DNA of 64,000 nucleotides from an uncultured Candidatus Saccharibacteria bacterium (GTDB lineage Bacteria > Patescibacteriota > Dojkabacteria > J137). This document shows, piece by piece, positions 1 to 10,288 of the stretch. A program made the translations under genes and the position numbers. The notes under the pieces are model-generated. The model saw nothing but the letters and a program-made list of their open reading frames with translations, was not told the origin of the DNA and did no database searches. Positions within the stretch are counted from its first letter, which is position 1. Each line of letters opens with the position of its first letter. The stretch is taken from contig CAYTGI010000001.1 in assembly GCA_964437465.1 (NCBI GenBank), positions 5,614 through 69,613 on the forward strand. Direction: 5' to 3'.

Positions 1-4
1 AAAT

Positions 5-802
5 ATGTTTGTAACTTCCTTATTTCCTACCGATGGGAATGTAGAGATTTTAGGAATAAATACTAAAGAACATCCTGATAAAATAAGGCAAATAATTGGA
101 GTTGTATATCAAAAACCAAGTTTAGACGAAAAACTTACTGCTGAGGAAAATCTTCGATCACACGCTGTTTTATATGAAATAACGACATGGGCTCCTACTT
201 ATAAGATGACAAGTACAGAGTATAAGAATAGAGTAAATCATCTTTTAGAAATCGTAGGTTTAAAGGATAGAATGCATGATGTAGTAAAAACATTTAGTGG
301 AGGAATGAAAAGAAGGTTAGATATTGCTAAAGCATTACTTCATACTCCTAAAATATTATTTCTTGATGAGCCAACAACAGGAATTGATCCACAGAATAGA
401 AGAGAAATTTGGGGTTATCTTACTGATCTTCAAAAAGAGGAAAGATTTACCATTTTTTTAACAACTCAGTATCTTGAAGAAGCTGAAATATGTTCTCGAA
501 TAAGCATTATAGATAAAGGAAAGATTTTGGTTACTGATACACCATCTAAGCTTAAAGACAGAGTTGGAGATGAACTGTTATATATTAGTCCTGTAAACGG
601 TAATGAAAAAAAACTCGAAACAGAACTAAAAAATCTAAACATCCAGTTTCAAACTGATAATATCGGAAACTATATAATTGATTTAGAAAAAGGCTCAGCT
701 CAAAAGGTAATCAGTAACATTAAAACAGAGCTTGATGAGATAAATATAAAAAGAGCATCTTTAGATGATGTATTTATTAAGTTGACAGGTAGAAAGATAT
801 GA
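5..802 (+). CDS. ABC transporter ATP-binding protein (partial; N-terminus lies upstream of the window)
   Basis: ABC signature and Walker B region (FSGGMKRRLDIAKALL...ILFLDEPTTGID); the frame is already open at base 5; stop overlaps the next gene start (ATGA). Confidence 0.85.
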   Translation: MFVTSLFPTDGNVEILGINTKEHPDKIRQIIGVVYQKPSLDEKLTAEENLRSHAVLYEITTWAPTYKMTSTEYKNRVNHLLEIVGLKDRMHDVVKTFSGGMKRRLDIAKALLHTPKILFLDEPTTGIDPQNRREIWGYLTDLQKEERFTIFLTTQYLEEAEICSRISIIDKGKILVTDTPSKLKDRVGDELLYISPVNGNEKKLETELKNLNIQFQTDNIGNYIIDLEKGSAQKVISNIKTELDEINIKRASLDDVFIKLTGRKI

Positions 803-1617
803 GTTTGAAAACTGAAATCAATAAAACATTGATGCTTGCTTGGCGAGATGTAATGAAATTATTAAGAGATCGTCCAAGATTATTAATTAGTCTTTTCTTT
901 CCGGTTATGTTTATGATTGTGTTTGGAGTAACTTTAGATTCAGGATTAGAAAGTTTGGCTGGAGGTGGATTTGGTTTATTGCCAGATGGATTTTTTTTGG
1001 ATTATGTTTTTGCAGGAATTCTTGCCCAATCAATCTTTCAAACAAGTTTTTCTGGAATAGTGTCTTTAGTTTCAGATAGAGAGGAAGATTTTTCTATGAG
1101 CATTTTTGTCGCTCCTATTTCTAGATTTTCTATTGTTATTGGAAAGATTCTTGGTGAAAGCATGGTAGCTTTTATTCAAGTTTTTGGAATTATAATATTT
1201 GGATATGTATTGGGAATAACTATCGATCCAATAAAAGTTTTGACTGTACTTCCATTTGGCATTTTGTTTGCTATAACAGGAGGATGTTTAGGATTACTTG
1301 TAGCTAGTAGAATAGAAGGAAAAGAAAATGCACAAAGAACTTTTCCATTATTAATTTTACCTTTGACTTTTCTTAGCGGTGCTTTTACCCCTGTTAATGA
1401 TCTTCCTTGGTGGTTAGCTTTAATAAAAGATTTAAATCCAATGTATTATGCAGTGGATTTAAGCAGAAGCATTATATTTTCAGACGCAAATCAGATAGTT
1501 CAAGACTTTACGATAAATAATTCTTTTTTAACAAATTTTATTATTCTTAATGTTTTAGGATTAGCTTTTCTTATAATTGGGACTTATCTTTTTACTAGGA
1601 AGGAGGGTAACAGGTAA
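799..1617 (+). CDS. ABC-2 type transporter permease
   Basis: 272 aa with about 6 hydrophobic helices; start overlaps the stop of the ABC ATPase gene. Confidence 0.7.
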   Translation: MSLKTEINKTLMLAWRDVMKLLRDRPRLLISLFFPVMFMIVFGVTLDSGLESLAGGGFGLLPDGFFLDYVFAGILAQSIFQTSFSGIVSLVSDREEDFSMSIFVAPISRFSIVIGKILGESMVAFIQVFGIIIFGYVLGITIDPIKVLTVLPFGILFAITGGCLGLLVASRIEGKENAQRTFPLLILPLTFLSGAFTPVNDLPWWLALIKDLNPMYYAVDLSRSIIFSDANQIVQDFTINNSFLTNFIILNVLGLAFLIIGTYLFTRKEGNR

Positions 1618-1667
1618 AGATGGATAGTTGGTGCTAAAATGAAACTGAAATTATTATTTAAAAATTA

Positions 1668-2870
1668 ATGAACGTTTTAGTCAGTACTTTTCATCTAGGT
1701 TTTACTTATATTAATGGCGCCGCATTTTCTCCAAGATTTTTATCTAAAGAACTTTTAAAGAAAGGTCATAAAGTACAAGTCTATTGTACAGGGTATCCTC
1801 AGGTTTATCTTGATCATGAAAAGGATATCCCTGGATATTTCTATAAGGTGACAATGGTTGATTTCTTTTTTAGGAAAAGAAAGCTATATAGCGATATTGC
1901 TAAATTTCAGCCAGACATAATCTACTCAAATGGGATTTCCTTAGCTGATCAAATATGCTCAAATTATGCTAGAAAATATAACATTCCATTTGTATGTACA
2001 GTTAGAACTAGATATAGGGATTTTATAAGAGAAGCTTTACCTTTTGGAAAATATTATCCAAAGTGGTTAGTTACATCAATTGTTAGCATGCTTGTAACCT
2101 GGTTGAATAGGGCTGACATGGTTTTTGCTTTGACTGATAGTTTAAGAGAGTCTCTTGAGGAAGCAGGTGTTAAAAATGTCAAAACTTTAAGTAATGGGGT
2201 TAATCTTGATGAATTTAGAATAAATGATAAAAAAAAGATCTCAGATAGACCAGTTGAATTACTTTATGTTGCTAATATTGAAGAAAGAAAGAATCAAACA
2301 TTTTTACTGGAAGTATCAAAACACTTACCTGAGAATATTAAAATGAATCTTGTTGGTGGAAGAAGTTTTAGTAGCAAATATTACGACGAATTTTCTGAAA
2401 AACTTGAATCATTAAAAAATAAAAATGTTATTTATCATGGTAAGCAAGATAGAAAATCCACTCAAGACTTTTATTACAATTCACATATCTTTGTATCCTC
2501 CACAAAATCTGAAGCGCAAGGAGTAATATTTCTAGAAGCTATAGCAAGTGGAATCCCAATAGTTAAACTACACTCTGAAGCTGTTGAGGGAGTTACAACA
2601 CATAACCGAAACTCAATTCATGTTCCTATGGATGCTGATCCAAAAACTTTTGCCGACGAGGTAATTAAACTAGTAAATAATCCCAAAAAATATAACAAAA
2701 TGGTTGAGAACTGCAAGGTTGATCGAAATAAATTTTCTTGGGAGAGTAGTGCGAATAAGTTTATTGACTATGTTGAGGATGTGTTACTAAACAAAAAAGT
2801 AAGGAAAAGTAGATTAAGAAGAGCAATTGATTTTGTTACAAATAGAATTCCATTTCGTAATAGTAATTAA
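1668..2870 (+). CDS. Glycosyltransferase family 4 (GT-B fold)
   Basis: C-terminal GT1/GT4 motif (EAQGVIFLEAIASGIPIV) and an N-terminal GT4-like domain. Confidence 0.7.
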   Translation: MNVLVSTFHLGFTYINGAAFSPRFLSKELLKKGHKVQVYCTGYPQVYLDHEKDIPGYFYKVTMVDFFFRKRKLYSDIAKFQPDIIYSNGISLADQICSNYARKYNIPFVCTVRTRYRDFIREALPFGKYYPKWLVTSIVSMLVTWLNRADMVFALTDSLRESLEEAGVKNVKTLSNGVNLDEFRINDKKKISDRPVELLYVANIEERKNQTFLLEVSKHLPENIKMNLVGGRSFSSKYYDEFSEKLESLKNKNVIYHGKQDRKSTQDFYYNSHIFVSSTKSEAQGVIFLEAIASGIPIVKLHSEAVEGVTTHNRNSIHVPMDADPKTFADEVIKLVNNPKKYNKMVENCKVDRNKFSWESSANKFIDYVEDVLLNKKVRKSRLRRAIDFVTNRIPFRNSN

Positions 2871-2922
2871 CGCTTGCATCTATAAACTCTTTTTTGTAGA
2901 ATTCCTCAATTATCTTCTTGGA

Positions 2923-3213
2923 ATGAATGATGAGTTGGAATCTGCTCATATAGATAAAATGATTTCTCCTGATGAATATTACGAAGCTTTGTGGAGAGAT
3001 TTTGAAGCTGGAAGGCTTACTAGACAAACTGATGAAATAGAAAAAAGAACTCCGCAAAGACCTTATTACGATAGAACTGATTATAACCTTAGAAATTTAG
3101 TTAGAAAAGAAAGAAGAAACGAATCTTACATTCCTGACCATAGTTCTTCTAGAATGCGGCTAAGAGGTGCACTGCACCAGATGAGAACTAGAGGGTATTC
3201 TTTAGAACAATAA
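2923..3213 (+). CDS. Hypothetical charged protein (about 97 aa; first ATG downstream of the glycosyltransferase stop)
   Basis: Open frame with no recognisable motifs; the ORF track extends it to 2827, overlapping the upstream gene. Confidence 0.3.
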   Translation: MNDELESAHIDKMISPDEYYEALWRDFEAGRLTRQTDEIEKRTPQRPYYDRTDYNLRNLVRKERRNESYIPDHSSSRMRLRGALHQMRTRGYSLEQ

Positions 3214-3240
3214 AAAAGCCCCGTTAGTTAAAACGGGGAC
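3212..3240 (-). terminator. Rho-independent terminator downstream of dnaK (can fold on both strands)
   Basis: Hairpin gccccgtt / aacggggc with a 6-nt loop, followed on the minus strand by a T6 tract; sits between convergent genes. Confidence 0.6.
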
Positions 3241-3261
3241 TTTAGGTGTTACTACTAAATC

Positions 3262-5190
3262 TTACTCTTTTTTATCCTTCTCTTCAATAACTTCCCCTTC
3301 TTCTACCGCTTCATTTTCTTCTTTTTTGGCTTCACTTTTTTCTTCAGTTTCTGGATTGTTTTCACCACCTTCAGCTTCATAAACTTTAGCTCCAACTTCT
3401 TGCATTATCTCCATTAGCTCATTAGAAAGAGTTTTTAACTTTTCCAAATCAGCATCGTCTTTTTCCAATTCATCTTTAATCTCTTTATTCTTATCTTCGA
3501 TTTTCTTCTTATTGTCGTCATCTATCTTTTCTGCATGATCTTTTAGAAGTTTTTCAGCTTGGAAAACATAACTATCAGCATCATTTCTTATTTTTAGTTT
3601 CTCCATCTCTTCCTTATCTTTACTTGCATTCTCTTCAGCTTCTTTTACTAATTTATCGATTTCCTCCTGTTCTAGTTGAGTAGAAGCAGTAATTGTAATC
3701 TCTTGTTCTTTTCCTGTTCCCTTGTCTTTTGCTTTAACATTTAAAATTCCATTCGCATCAATTTTAAAGATTACTTCGAATTGAGGTACACCTCTTGGAG
3801 CTGGTGGGATTCCATCTAATCTAAAAGTTCCTAATACTTTATTGTCCTTAGCTAAAGGTCTTTCTCCTTGAAGAACTTTTACATCAATTGCTGGTTGGTT
3901 ATCAACAGCTGTTGTAAATCTATCCTCAGACTTTTCTGCAGGAATTGTTGTATTTCTAGGGATTAGAACATGCATCTGACCAGCATTAACTTCTAATCCA
4001 AGAGACAACGGAGTAACGTCCAAAAGAGTAATATCATCTACATCAGTATCTCCAGCTAAAACAGCTCCTTGAAGGGCTGCTCCAACCGCAACAACTTCAT
4101 CAGGGTTAACTGAAATATTAGGCTCTTTTCCAAAAAATTCTTTTACCTTACTTTTAACTAAAGGCATTCTTGTCATACCTCCAACCATTACGATCTCATT
4201 TATCTCACCCTTCTCAATATCAGCATCCTTTAAAGCTTGTCTAACTGAATCGAATGTTTTATCTACAAGGTCAGAAACTAGTTTTTCAAAATCTGACTTC
4301 TTTAAAGTCATTCTGAAATGTTTAGGACCTTTTGCGTCAGCTGTAATGTACGGAAGATTAATCTCAGTTTGCTCAGAGTTAGAAAGCGCGATCTTAGCTT
4401 TCTCAGCTGCTTCTTTTAATCTTTGAAGTGCGGCAGGATCTTCTTTTAGATCAATTCCTTGCTCTTTTTTAAATTCTTCTACAAGATGATTGATTAGGGC
4501 CTGATCAAAGTCGTCTCCTCCAAGGTGAGTATCTCCTGAAGTAGATCTAACTTCATAAACTCCATCTCCAATTTCCAAAACAGAAACGTCAAAAGTTCCT
4601 CCTCCTAAATCGTAAACTATAATTGTTTGATCACCTGATTTTTCTAACCCGTAAGCAATAGCCGCTGCAGTAGGCTCGTTAATAATTCTTTTAACGTCTA
4701 ACCCAGCGATTTTTCCTGCATTTTTTGTAGCTTGTCTTTGAGCATCATCAAAGTAAGCAGGAACTGTAATTACTGCCCCTTCTACAGATTCTCCTAGAAA
4801 AGCTTCTGCATCAGCTTTAATTCTAGCTAGCACTTTAGCTGAAATTACTTCAGGAGCTACCCAATCTGAACCGAATTTGATCTCAACTCCTCCTTTCTTA
4901 CTTTCTCTAATTTCAAATGGTAGAAGATCAAGATCTTTTTTTACATCTTCATCAGTAAACTTTCGCCCGATAAGTCTTTTAATAGAGTAGAAAGTTTGTT
5001 CTGGATTAGTAACCATTTGGTTTTTAGCGGTTACTCCTACGATTTCTGATTTATTGTCTACGTCAATAGCAACAACAGAAGGCGTAGTTCTATTTCCTTC
5101 TTTGTTTGTAATAACCTCAGGTTTACCAGCTTGAACGAAAGCAAAGGCTGAATTTGTTGTACCTAGGTCAATTCCGATAATTTTCCCCAT
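3262..5190 (-). CDS. dnaK: Molecular chaperone DnaK (Hsp70)
   Basis: 642 aa; canonical Hsp70 motifs ([26 protein letters not shown]); acidic C-terminal tail. Confidence 0.97.
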   Translation of the reverse strand: MGKIIGIDLGTTNSAFAFVQAGKPEVITNKEGNRTTPSVVAIDVDNKSEIVGVTAKNQMVTNPEQTFYSIKRLIGRKFTDEDVKKDLDLLPFEIRESKKGGVEIKFGSDWVAPEVISAKVLARIKADAEAFLGESVEGAVITVPAYFDDAQRQATKNAGKIAGLDVKRIINEPTAAAIAYGLEKSGDQTIIVYDLGGGTFDVSVLEIGDGVYEVRSTSGDTHLGGDDFDQALINHLVEEFKKEQGIDLKEDPAALQRLKEAAEKAKIALSNSEQTEINLPYITADAKGPKHFRMTLKKSDFEKLVSDLVDKTFDSVRQALKDADIEKGEINEIVMVGGMTRMPLVKSKVKEFFGKEPNISVNPDEVVAVGAALQGAVLAGDTDVDDITLLDVTPLSLGLEVNAGQMHVLIPRNTTIPAEKSEDRFTTAVDNQPAIDVKVLQGERPLAKDNKVLGTFRLDGIPPAPRGVPQFEVIFKIDANGILNVKAKDKGTGKEQEITITASTQLEQEEIDKLVKEAEENASKDKEEMEKLKIRNDADSYVFQAEKLLKDHAEKIDDDNKKKIEDKNKEIKDELEKDDADLEKLKTLSNELMEIMQEVGAKVYEAEGGENNPETEEKSEAKKEENEAVEEGEVIEEKDKKE

Positions 5191-5253
5191 GATATAAAAG
5201 TAATATTTATTTTAGTGCGTTTAAACGCAGTTTAATTACAAATTAACACCTAA

Positions 5254-5291
5254 ATATTACAACGCTAGCAGAAGTGAGTCAAGAGTGCTAA
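5254..5291 (-). promoter_or_regulatory. Candidate sigma70-type dnaK promoter overlapped by a half-conserved CIRCE (HrcA operator)-like inverted repeat
   Basis: Minus strand reads TTGACT, a 17-nt spacer, then TAATAT, about 60 nt upstream of the dnaK ATG. TTAGCACTC-N9-TTCTGCTAG overlaps the -35: left arm matches CIRCE perfectly, right arm 5/9, spacer exactly 9 nt. Confidence 0.45.
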
Positions 5292-5324
5292 TTCAATTGT
5301 TAATTATTAATTACTAATTGCTAA

Positions 5325-6245
5325 TTACTTACCAACAATAACTTTCGCGGCTTTTAAAATCCCATCTTTATCTTTATATTTGTAAGCTGAACTTATTACA
5401 GCTACAACTTTATTTTTCATCTCAGGATTAGGTATCGCCTGAATTGCTTCCATTTTTTCTTTATCGAATTCATCTCCAGGTTTTACTTCAATTGTTTCTA
5501 CCCCAGCATTTTTAGCCGTAGATTTCAGTTTTTCTCTCGCATTAGAAATAGATTCTTTAGCTCTGTCTAAATCTAATTCAGAATCGTCTAAAGCTAATCC
5601 TAAATCATCATTAATCTCTAAAAGTTCCTGAATAATCCCCATGTTAGCAATAGCTCCGAAAGTAGCCTTCTCCTGTTCAATTCGTTTCTTATAATTCTCA
5701 AAATCTGCCATTAGTTTTAATCTCTTATTTCTTTCTTCTTCAAACTGAACTTCTATGTACTTTTCTTTGGGCTCAGCATTTTCATCAATACTATTAACTA
5801 TCTCTGAGCTTAAAGGATTTTCTGGAATATAAATAATCACATCATCTCCCATTATTTCTAAAATCTCTTCTCCGTCACTAGATTTTTTAACTTCAGCAAT
5901 TCCTTCATTAACTAAATCCTCTTTAATCTTTAGATACCCAGTAACAGAATAGTCTGGAGCACCTACTTGTTCTTTTCCATCTTCTGGCTTTCTAATTTTA
6001 ATTAGGTTAACCGGTCCATCTACAGTTGCTAATTCATCATCTAAAATATATGTTATGCCTGATGAATCTTCCTTATAAACTTTTCCTAAATTGTCAGCCT
6101 CTTCATTGTACTGATCGTATTCTTTATTTGATTGACAGAATACAGCTACATAATCAAGGCTTGTCTCTAAACTAGATAATTTTTCTTCTCGTAAGATTTG
6201 AGCTTTTTCTACTATTTCTTTTATTCTAGGTACTAATGGTTTCAT
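5325..6245 (-). CDS. grpE: Nucleotide exchange factor GrpE with a long N-terminal extension
   Basis: C-terminal GrpE motifs (ADFENYKKRIEQE ... KAAKVIVGK); directly upstream of dnaK on the same strand. Confidence 0.85.
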   Translation of the reverse strand: MKPLVPRIKEIVEKAQILREEKLSSLETSLDYVAVFCQSNKEYDQYNEEADNLGKVYKEDSSGITYILDDELATVDGPVNLIKIRKPEDGKEQVGAPDYSVTGYLKIKEDLVNEGIAEVKKSSDGEEILEIMGDDVIIYIPENPLSSEIVNSIDENAEPKEKYIEVQFEEERNKRLKLMADFENYKKRIEQEKATFGAIANMGIIQELLEINDDLGLALDDSELDLDRAKESISNAREKLKSTAKNAGVETIEVKPGDEFDKEKMEAIQAIPNPEMKNKVVAVISSAYKYKDKDGILKAAKVIVGK

Positions 6246-6312
6246 GAATTTTTAATTAACTATGGAAATTGTATCATAGAATTAGTTGCTAGTGGCTAGT
6301 TGCAGTGTATTG

Positions 6313-6669
6313 TCATAATTTTAGAGATGTTAATAGCGAGTTAATTTCTCCGTATGTATGTATCTCTTTTGTTAATAGGTGGATTGCTCCAGAGAATTTA
6401 TGATCATTTTTGTGGATAGCAATAATCGGGATCTCTAGAAGTCTTGCCCAACCAAGTTCTATACCTTGGCCAGTTGATGGGTAACTTACTTCTGCAATAA
6501 CTAATTCACACTCCCCAGATTTAAAAAGTTCTAGGGTATTGTATTGTTTGTCACTTTCTTCGTGAGGAAGTATTATTTCATGCTTATTATTTAACTCTGA
6601 ATTCCTAATTGGTGTGTAAAGCTCTTGATTAAAATCAAAAGAAGTAGAGTGGGATACATATATTTTCAT
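6313..6669 (-). CDS. Nucleoside 2-deoxyribosyltransferase-like protein (118 aa)
   Basis: NDT-family core motif (STGQGIELGWARLLEIPIIAI, compare D.GTAFEIGYA.A.GKPV). Confidence 0.55.
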   Translation of the reverse strand: MKIYVSHSTSFDFNQELYTPIRNSELNNKHEIILPHEESDKQYNTLELFKSGECELVIAEVSYPSTGQGIELGWARLLEIPIIAIHKNDHKFSGAIHLLTKEIHTYGEINSLLTSLKL

Positions 6670-6791
6670 ACTTAATTTTACCGGATATCTTAGAGGGTAA
6701 GCAGGTACCTAAGTACTTGTTCAACTATTTCTAAAAAAGAGTTGAATTTAATCTTGTGATCTTTTATCTTACAATAATTAATTTTGTGTAA

Positions 6792-7859
6792 ATGGTAGAA
6801 GTAGTAAAACACATAGAAACAACTATAGATAGTAATCTTAAAAAACTTGAACAAGATATTTATGATTTAGGTATAGATGCAAGTCCGCTTTCTAATTTCA
6901 TTGATTCTAAAATATTTTGTGATTTTAACGATCTCTCAAAACAAGGAATAATATCAATGTTGAGAACAGGTTTAGAAAAAGGGAGTATTAAAGAAGTCAT
7001 GGATGTTATTTTTAATCCTCAAGAACCAAGTCAAGAGAGGTTAGAAATCTATAAGAGAAGGCATAGGGAAATTTATGAGCAGAGAGCTATTGAGCTGGCT
7101 GACATGATAATTGATGGACATGAAACTGTCATTTTAAGAAGTGGAATGTACGGTGGAAAATCTACCTTGGCTACAGCTACTGAGAAAGAATTGAAAAAAA
7201 GGGGATTTACTTCCTCCGTTCTTATAGCAGGTATTTTGGGAGATGATTTTACTACTGCTAGAGCTTACGAAGCTGATGAAGGAGTTTTGCCAGCAGAAAT
7301 GGTTTTACCAGATACGATTGAAAACATTAAGTTTAAGATTCTAGAAGATAGAGGAGATAACGAAAATCATGTTGTGTATTTTGATGAATTTTCGTTTGTA
7401 GATGAAGGGACTGTTAGAGAAATAGTGAATTTTTGTAGTGAGGAAGGTATTAAATTAATTATGGCAGGTTTAGATGCTGATTATCTAGGTCGTGAACTTC
7501 CTACGATGTCTAGGTTTCGTAAGGAATGCACTCATGTTGAAGAGTGTTTTTCTTTTACGATGAATATGGATTATGACTCAGTTGAAAATGGTGAACCTAT
7601 AGGAACACATACAGCTAGATATGTGCGTCTTCCAGAAGGTGGCTATGTGTTAGATGTAGCGAGTCTTCCTCTAGAAGTTTCGAAAGAAAAACCATACATA
7701 CTTTATATTCCTGTAGCAAAGCAACATCATATATCGGGTATTCTTGAAGGGCATCCAGTTCTTGAATGGATAAATTCATATCCAGAGTTTATACCACAGG
7801 AAAGAATGCAACGAGTTTTTCAATTTAATTTGGAGTTACCCTATCAAGAAGTGGCTTAA
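6792..7859 (+). CDS. Thymidine kinase-like protein with an N-terminal extension of about 110 aa
   Basis: TK motifs from about residue 110: P-loop SGMYGGKSTLA, YFDEFSFV (compare IDEAQFF), MAGLDADYLGRELP (compare AGLD.DFRGEPF); C-terminal Cys ribbon is degenerate. Confidence 0.55.
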   Translation: MVEVVKHIETTIDSNLKKLEQDIYDLGIDASPLSNFIDSKIFCDFNDLSKQGIISMLRTGLEKGSIKEVMDVIFNPQEPSQERLEIYKRRHREIYEQRAIELADMIIDGHETVILRSGMYGGKSTLATATEKELKKRGFTSSVLIAGILGDDFTTARAYEADEGVLPAEMVLPDTIENIKFKILEDRGDNENHVVYFDEFSFVDEGTVREIVNFCSEEGIKLIMAGLDADYLGRELPTMSRFRKECTHVEECFSFTMNMDYDSVENGEPIGTHTARYVRLPEGGYVLDVASLPLEVSKEKPYILYIPVAKQHHISGILEGHPVLEWINSYPEFIPQERMQRVFQFNLELPYQEVA

Positions 7860-8197
7860 GCCTCGATTGGATCTTCTGGGGGTAAAACTCTAGTAATAAT
7901 ATTCCAATAACGGTTGTTCTCCTCATTTATCGTTATAGTATAAACTGTTTGGATTCGGCTAGAAGTCAAGTTGAAAAAATCCATTAAATGACTATTTATT
8001 TGAGCAGACAGCTCGTCTCTTGAGCTTATGTTTGGAATTTTTTTAAGAATGATTTCAATCTTGGGGTTACTATCATGAGGATCATAACGGTCTGATATCT
8101 CACTTTTAATTTCATCAACAATTCTATCTATCCAAGTTACTTCTAAATATTGCTCGTTGAAATCATCATAATTATCATCGTTGAAATCGTCACTCAT
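7856..8197 (-). CDS. Hypothetical small highly acidic protein (113 aa)
   Basis: N-terminus MSDDFNDDNYDDFNEQ; net charge about -14; no known motif. Confidence 0.45.
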   Translation of the reverse strand: MSDDFNDDNYDDFNEQYLEVTWIDRIVDEIKSEISDRYDPHDSNPKIEIILKKIPNISSRDELSAQINSHLMDFFNLTSSRIQTVYTITINEENNRYWNIITRVLPPEDPIEA

Positions 8198-8754
8198 TTT
8201 TTCTTTTTATTCTCAGAATCTTTAAATACTTTACTACCAACGGCATCCATCTGTCCTTGGTACTTACTTTTTCTCTCAGGTGCTCCGTATGGACTTTCAG
8301 CAGGGAATCCCATTCTTCCAAAAACTAACTGACAGATTCTTCTTCCAGCTTCAAGTTTAATCGGAACAGAGTTTGCGTTATACAGCTCTAAAGTTATTCT
8401 ACCCTTAAATCCAGGGTCAACCCATCCAGCGTTTTGAATAAATAGTCCCATTCTCCCAATTGAACTTCGTCCCTCAACAAAAGCAATTAAGTTATCTGGT
8501 AATTCAATATATTCCATAGTTGTTCCGAGAAGGAATGTATGGGGCTCAATTATAATTTCTGTTTTTGTAATTTTTTTATATTTAACTGGATTATTTAAAT
8601 CTATAACTTTCGATCTTCTATTATCTACAATTAAGAAATTATCTCCTAATCTACAGTCAATTGAGGCAGGTTGAATAGATTCATCTGTAATTGGTCTACA
8701 GACTAATTCGCCTGAAAGCAGCATTTTTTTAATTGTTCCGTCAGATAAAATCAT
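8194..8754 (-). CDS. dcd: dCTP deaminase
   Basis: 186 aa; N-terminus MILSDGTIKKM..., and a glycine-rich NAGWVDPGFKG motif of the dCTP deaminase/dUTPase fold. Confidence 0.9.
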   Translation of the reverse strand: MILSDGTIKKMLLSGELVCRPITDESIQPASIDCRLGDNFLIVDNRRSKVIDLNNPVKYKKITKTEIIIEPHTFLLGTTMEYIELPDNLIAFVEGRSSIGRMGLFIQNAGWVDPGFKGRITLELYNANSVPIKLEAGRRICQLVFGRMGFPAESPYGAPERKSKYQGQMDAVGSKVFKDSENKKKK

Positions 8755-8755
8755 A

Positions 8756-9373
8756 TCAATCTATTGATTCTAAATAATCTGTAATTGGTTTAGAAAGGTT
8801 CCTCGTCAATTCTAAGAATTTACCAATATTTCCCTCAGCATTTTCGTCATCTATTATGGTTGGAACCTCATCAACGAAAATGAGTATTCGCCTATCTTCA
8901 GTTTCTCCCTCTTCTAGTTCAACACCACTATCTCCAACTTGTTTACTCCCTAAATATATTTTATGTGTGTATTGTTTTTCATCTTCGAATGTGATCGCTA
9001 CTAAAACATGACCTTCTTCTGCGTTTTCAAAGGACCGAGTAACGTCAAACCCTACTTTTGCAAGCTCACCTTTTAATTGAGTTCTAAAAGTTTCATCTAA
9101 AAAGTATTCGTAGACATTTGTGTCAACCTCAATAAAAGGTTCGAAAATGTATGCACCATCAGTCAAGTTAGGAACAAAAACAACACTAACTCCATCATCA
9201 ATGCTAAATTCAAACTTTGGTGGTAAAACTAGCCTTCCATCAATATCAATAGGTACCATTGTGAGTGGTTGATCTTCTAAAAATCTTCTCATTTCTTCTA
9301 GAATATCTTGTGCAGTTATTTGTTCATTTGAAGGATCGAAATCATCATCGTAATTGTGTTTTTGATCAGACAT
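8756..9373 (-). CDS. Hypothetical acidic protein (205 aa)
   Basis: N-terminus MSDQKHNYDDDFDPSNEQ resembles that of the 113-aa acidic protein; no known domain. Confidence 0.45.
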   Translation of the reverse strand: MSDQKHNYDDDFDPSNEQITAQDILEEMRRFLEDQPLTMVPIDIDGRLVLPPKFEFSIDDGVSVVFVPNLTDGAYIFEPFIEVDTNVYEYFLDETFRTQLKGELAKVGFDVTRSFENAEEGHVLVAITFEDEKQYTHKIYLGSKQVGDSGVELEEGETEDRRILIFVDEVPTIIDDENAEGNIGKFLELTRNLSKPITDYLESID

Positions 9374-9458
9374 TCTAGTATTTCTAAATTAGCTGAATTT
9401 TATCACGTATTTTTAAAATCACTTTGATTTTTTTAGATTAGAAAAGTAGTATAAAAAT

Positions 9459-10286
9459 ATGCATGACGAAACTTATCTTAAACAATTAAAATTCGTTTTA
9501 GAAAACGGATCTAGGAGAGAAAATCGAACGGGTGTAGATACTTTTGGTGTATTCGGACTTCAAGCTAGGTATGATCTTGAAAAGGGTTTTCCGGCATTAA
9601 CTACAAAAAAACTTTTTTTTAAGTCAGTAAAAGCAGAACTACTTTGGTTCTTAGAAGGAAGTAATGATTATAAAAGATTAAATGAATTAGGTTCTAAAAT
9701 ATGGGATGCAAACGCTGAAGCTGATTATTGGAAACCTAAGGCTAAATTTGAAGGAGATGTTGGTAGAGTATATGGTGTGCAGTGGAGGTCATGGAACGGT
9801 CCTGATGATAAAGTTATTGACCAGATAGCTAATGCAATTGAAAATATAAAAACAGATCCAGGAAATAGAAGAATAATTGTTAGTGCATGGAATCCAGGTG
9901 AACTAGACCAAATGGCTTTGCCTCCCTGTCACATTATTTTTCAGTTTTATGTTCAAGGTGATGAGCTTTCTCTTCAAATGTACCAAAGAAGTGCCGATAT
10001 GTTTTTAGGAGTTCCTTTTAACATTGCTTCCTATTCATTACTGTTATCCATGATTGCACATGTTACAGGTTTGAAAGCTAAAGAATTTATTCATGTTCTA
10101 GGAGATGCTCACATTTATGAAAACCACATCGACCAGGTAAAAGATCAGCTTGAGCGAGATCCGTATGATCCTCCTAAGTTATGGTTAAATCCAGATGTGA
10201 GTGATATTGATTCCTTCACAATGAAAGATATTAAGCTTCAGGATTATAAGTATCATCCACCTATTAAAGCTCCAATGGCTGTTTAA
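9459..10286 (+). CDS. thyA: Thymidylate synthase (canonical ThyA)
   Basis: RTGVDT, LPPCHIIFQFYV with the catalytic Cys, and QRSADMFLGVPFNIASYSLL. Confidence 0.95.
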   Translation: MHDETYLKQLKFVLENGSRRENRTGVDTFGVFGLQARYDLEKGFPALTTKKLFFKSVKAELLWFLEGSNDYKRLNELGSKIWDANAEADYWKPKAKFEGDVGRVYGVQWRSWNGPDDKVIDQIANAIENIKTDPGNRRIIVSAWNPGELDQMALPPCHIIFQFYVQGDELSLQMYQRSADMFLGVPFNIASYSLLLSMIAHVTGLKAKEFIHVLGDAHIYENHIDQVKDQLERDPYDPPKLWLNPDVSDIDSFTMKDIKLQDYKYHPPIKAPMAV

Positions 10287-10288
10287 AC

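Noticed and set aside
9459-10286. ThyA homologue as a dUMP hydroxymethylase for DNA hypermodification, given the neighbouring kinase, deaminase and deoxyribosyltransferase-like genes
   Set aside because: The sequence aligns along its whole length with canonical ThyA, including the catalytic Cys and folate-binding motifs. It is immediately followed by DHFR and MTHFS, the normal thymidylate/folate cycle.
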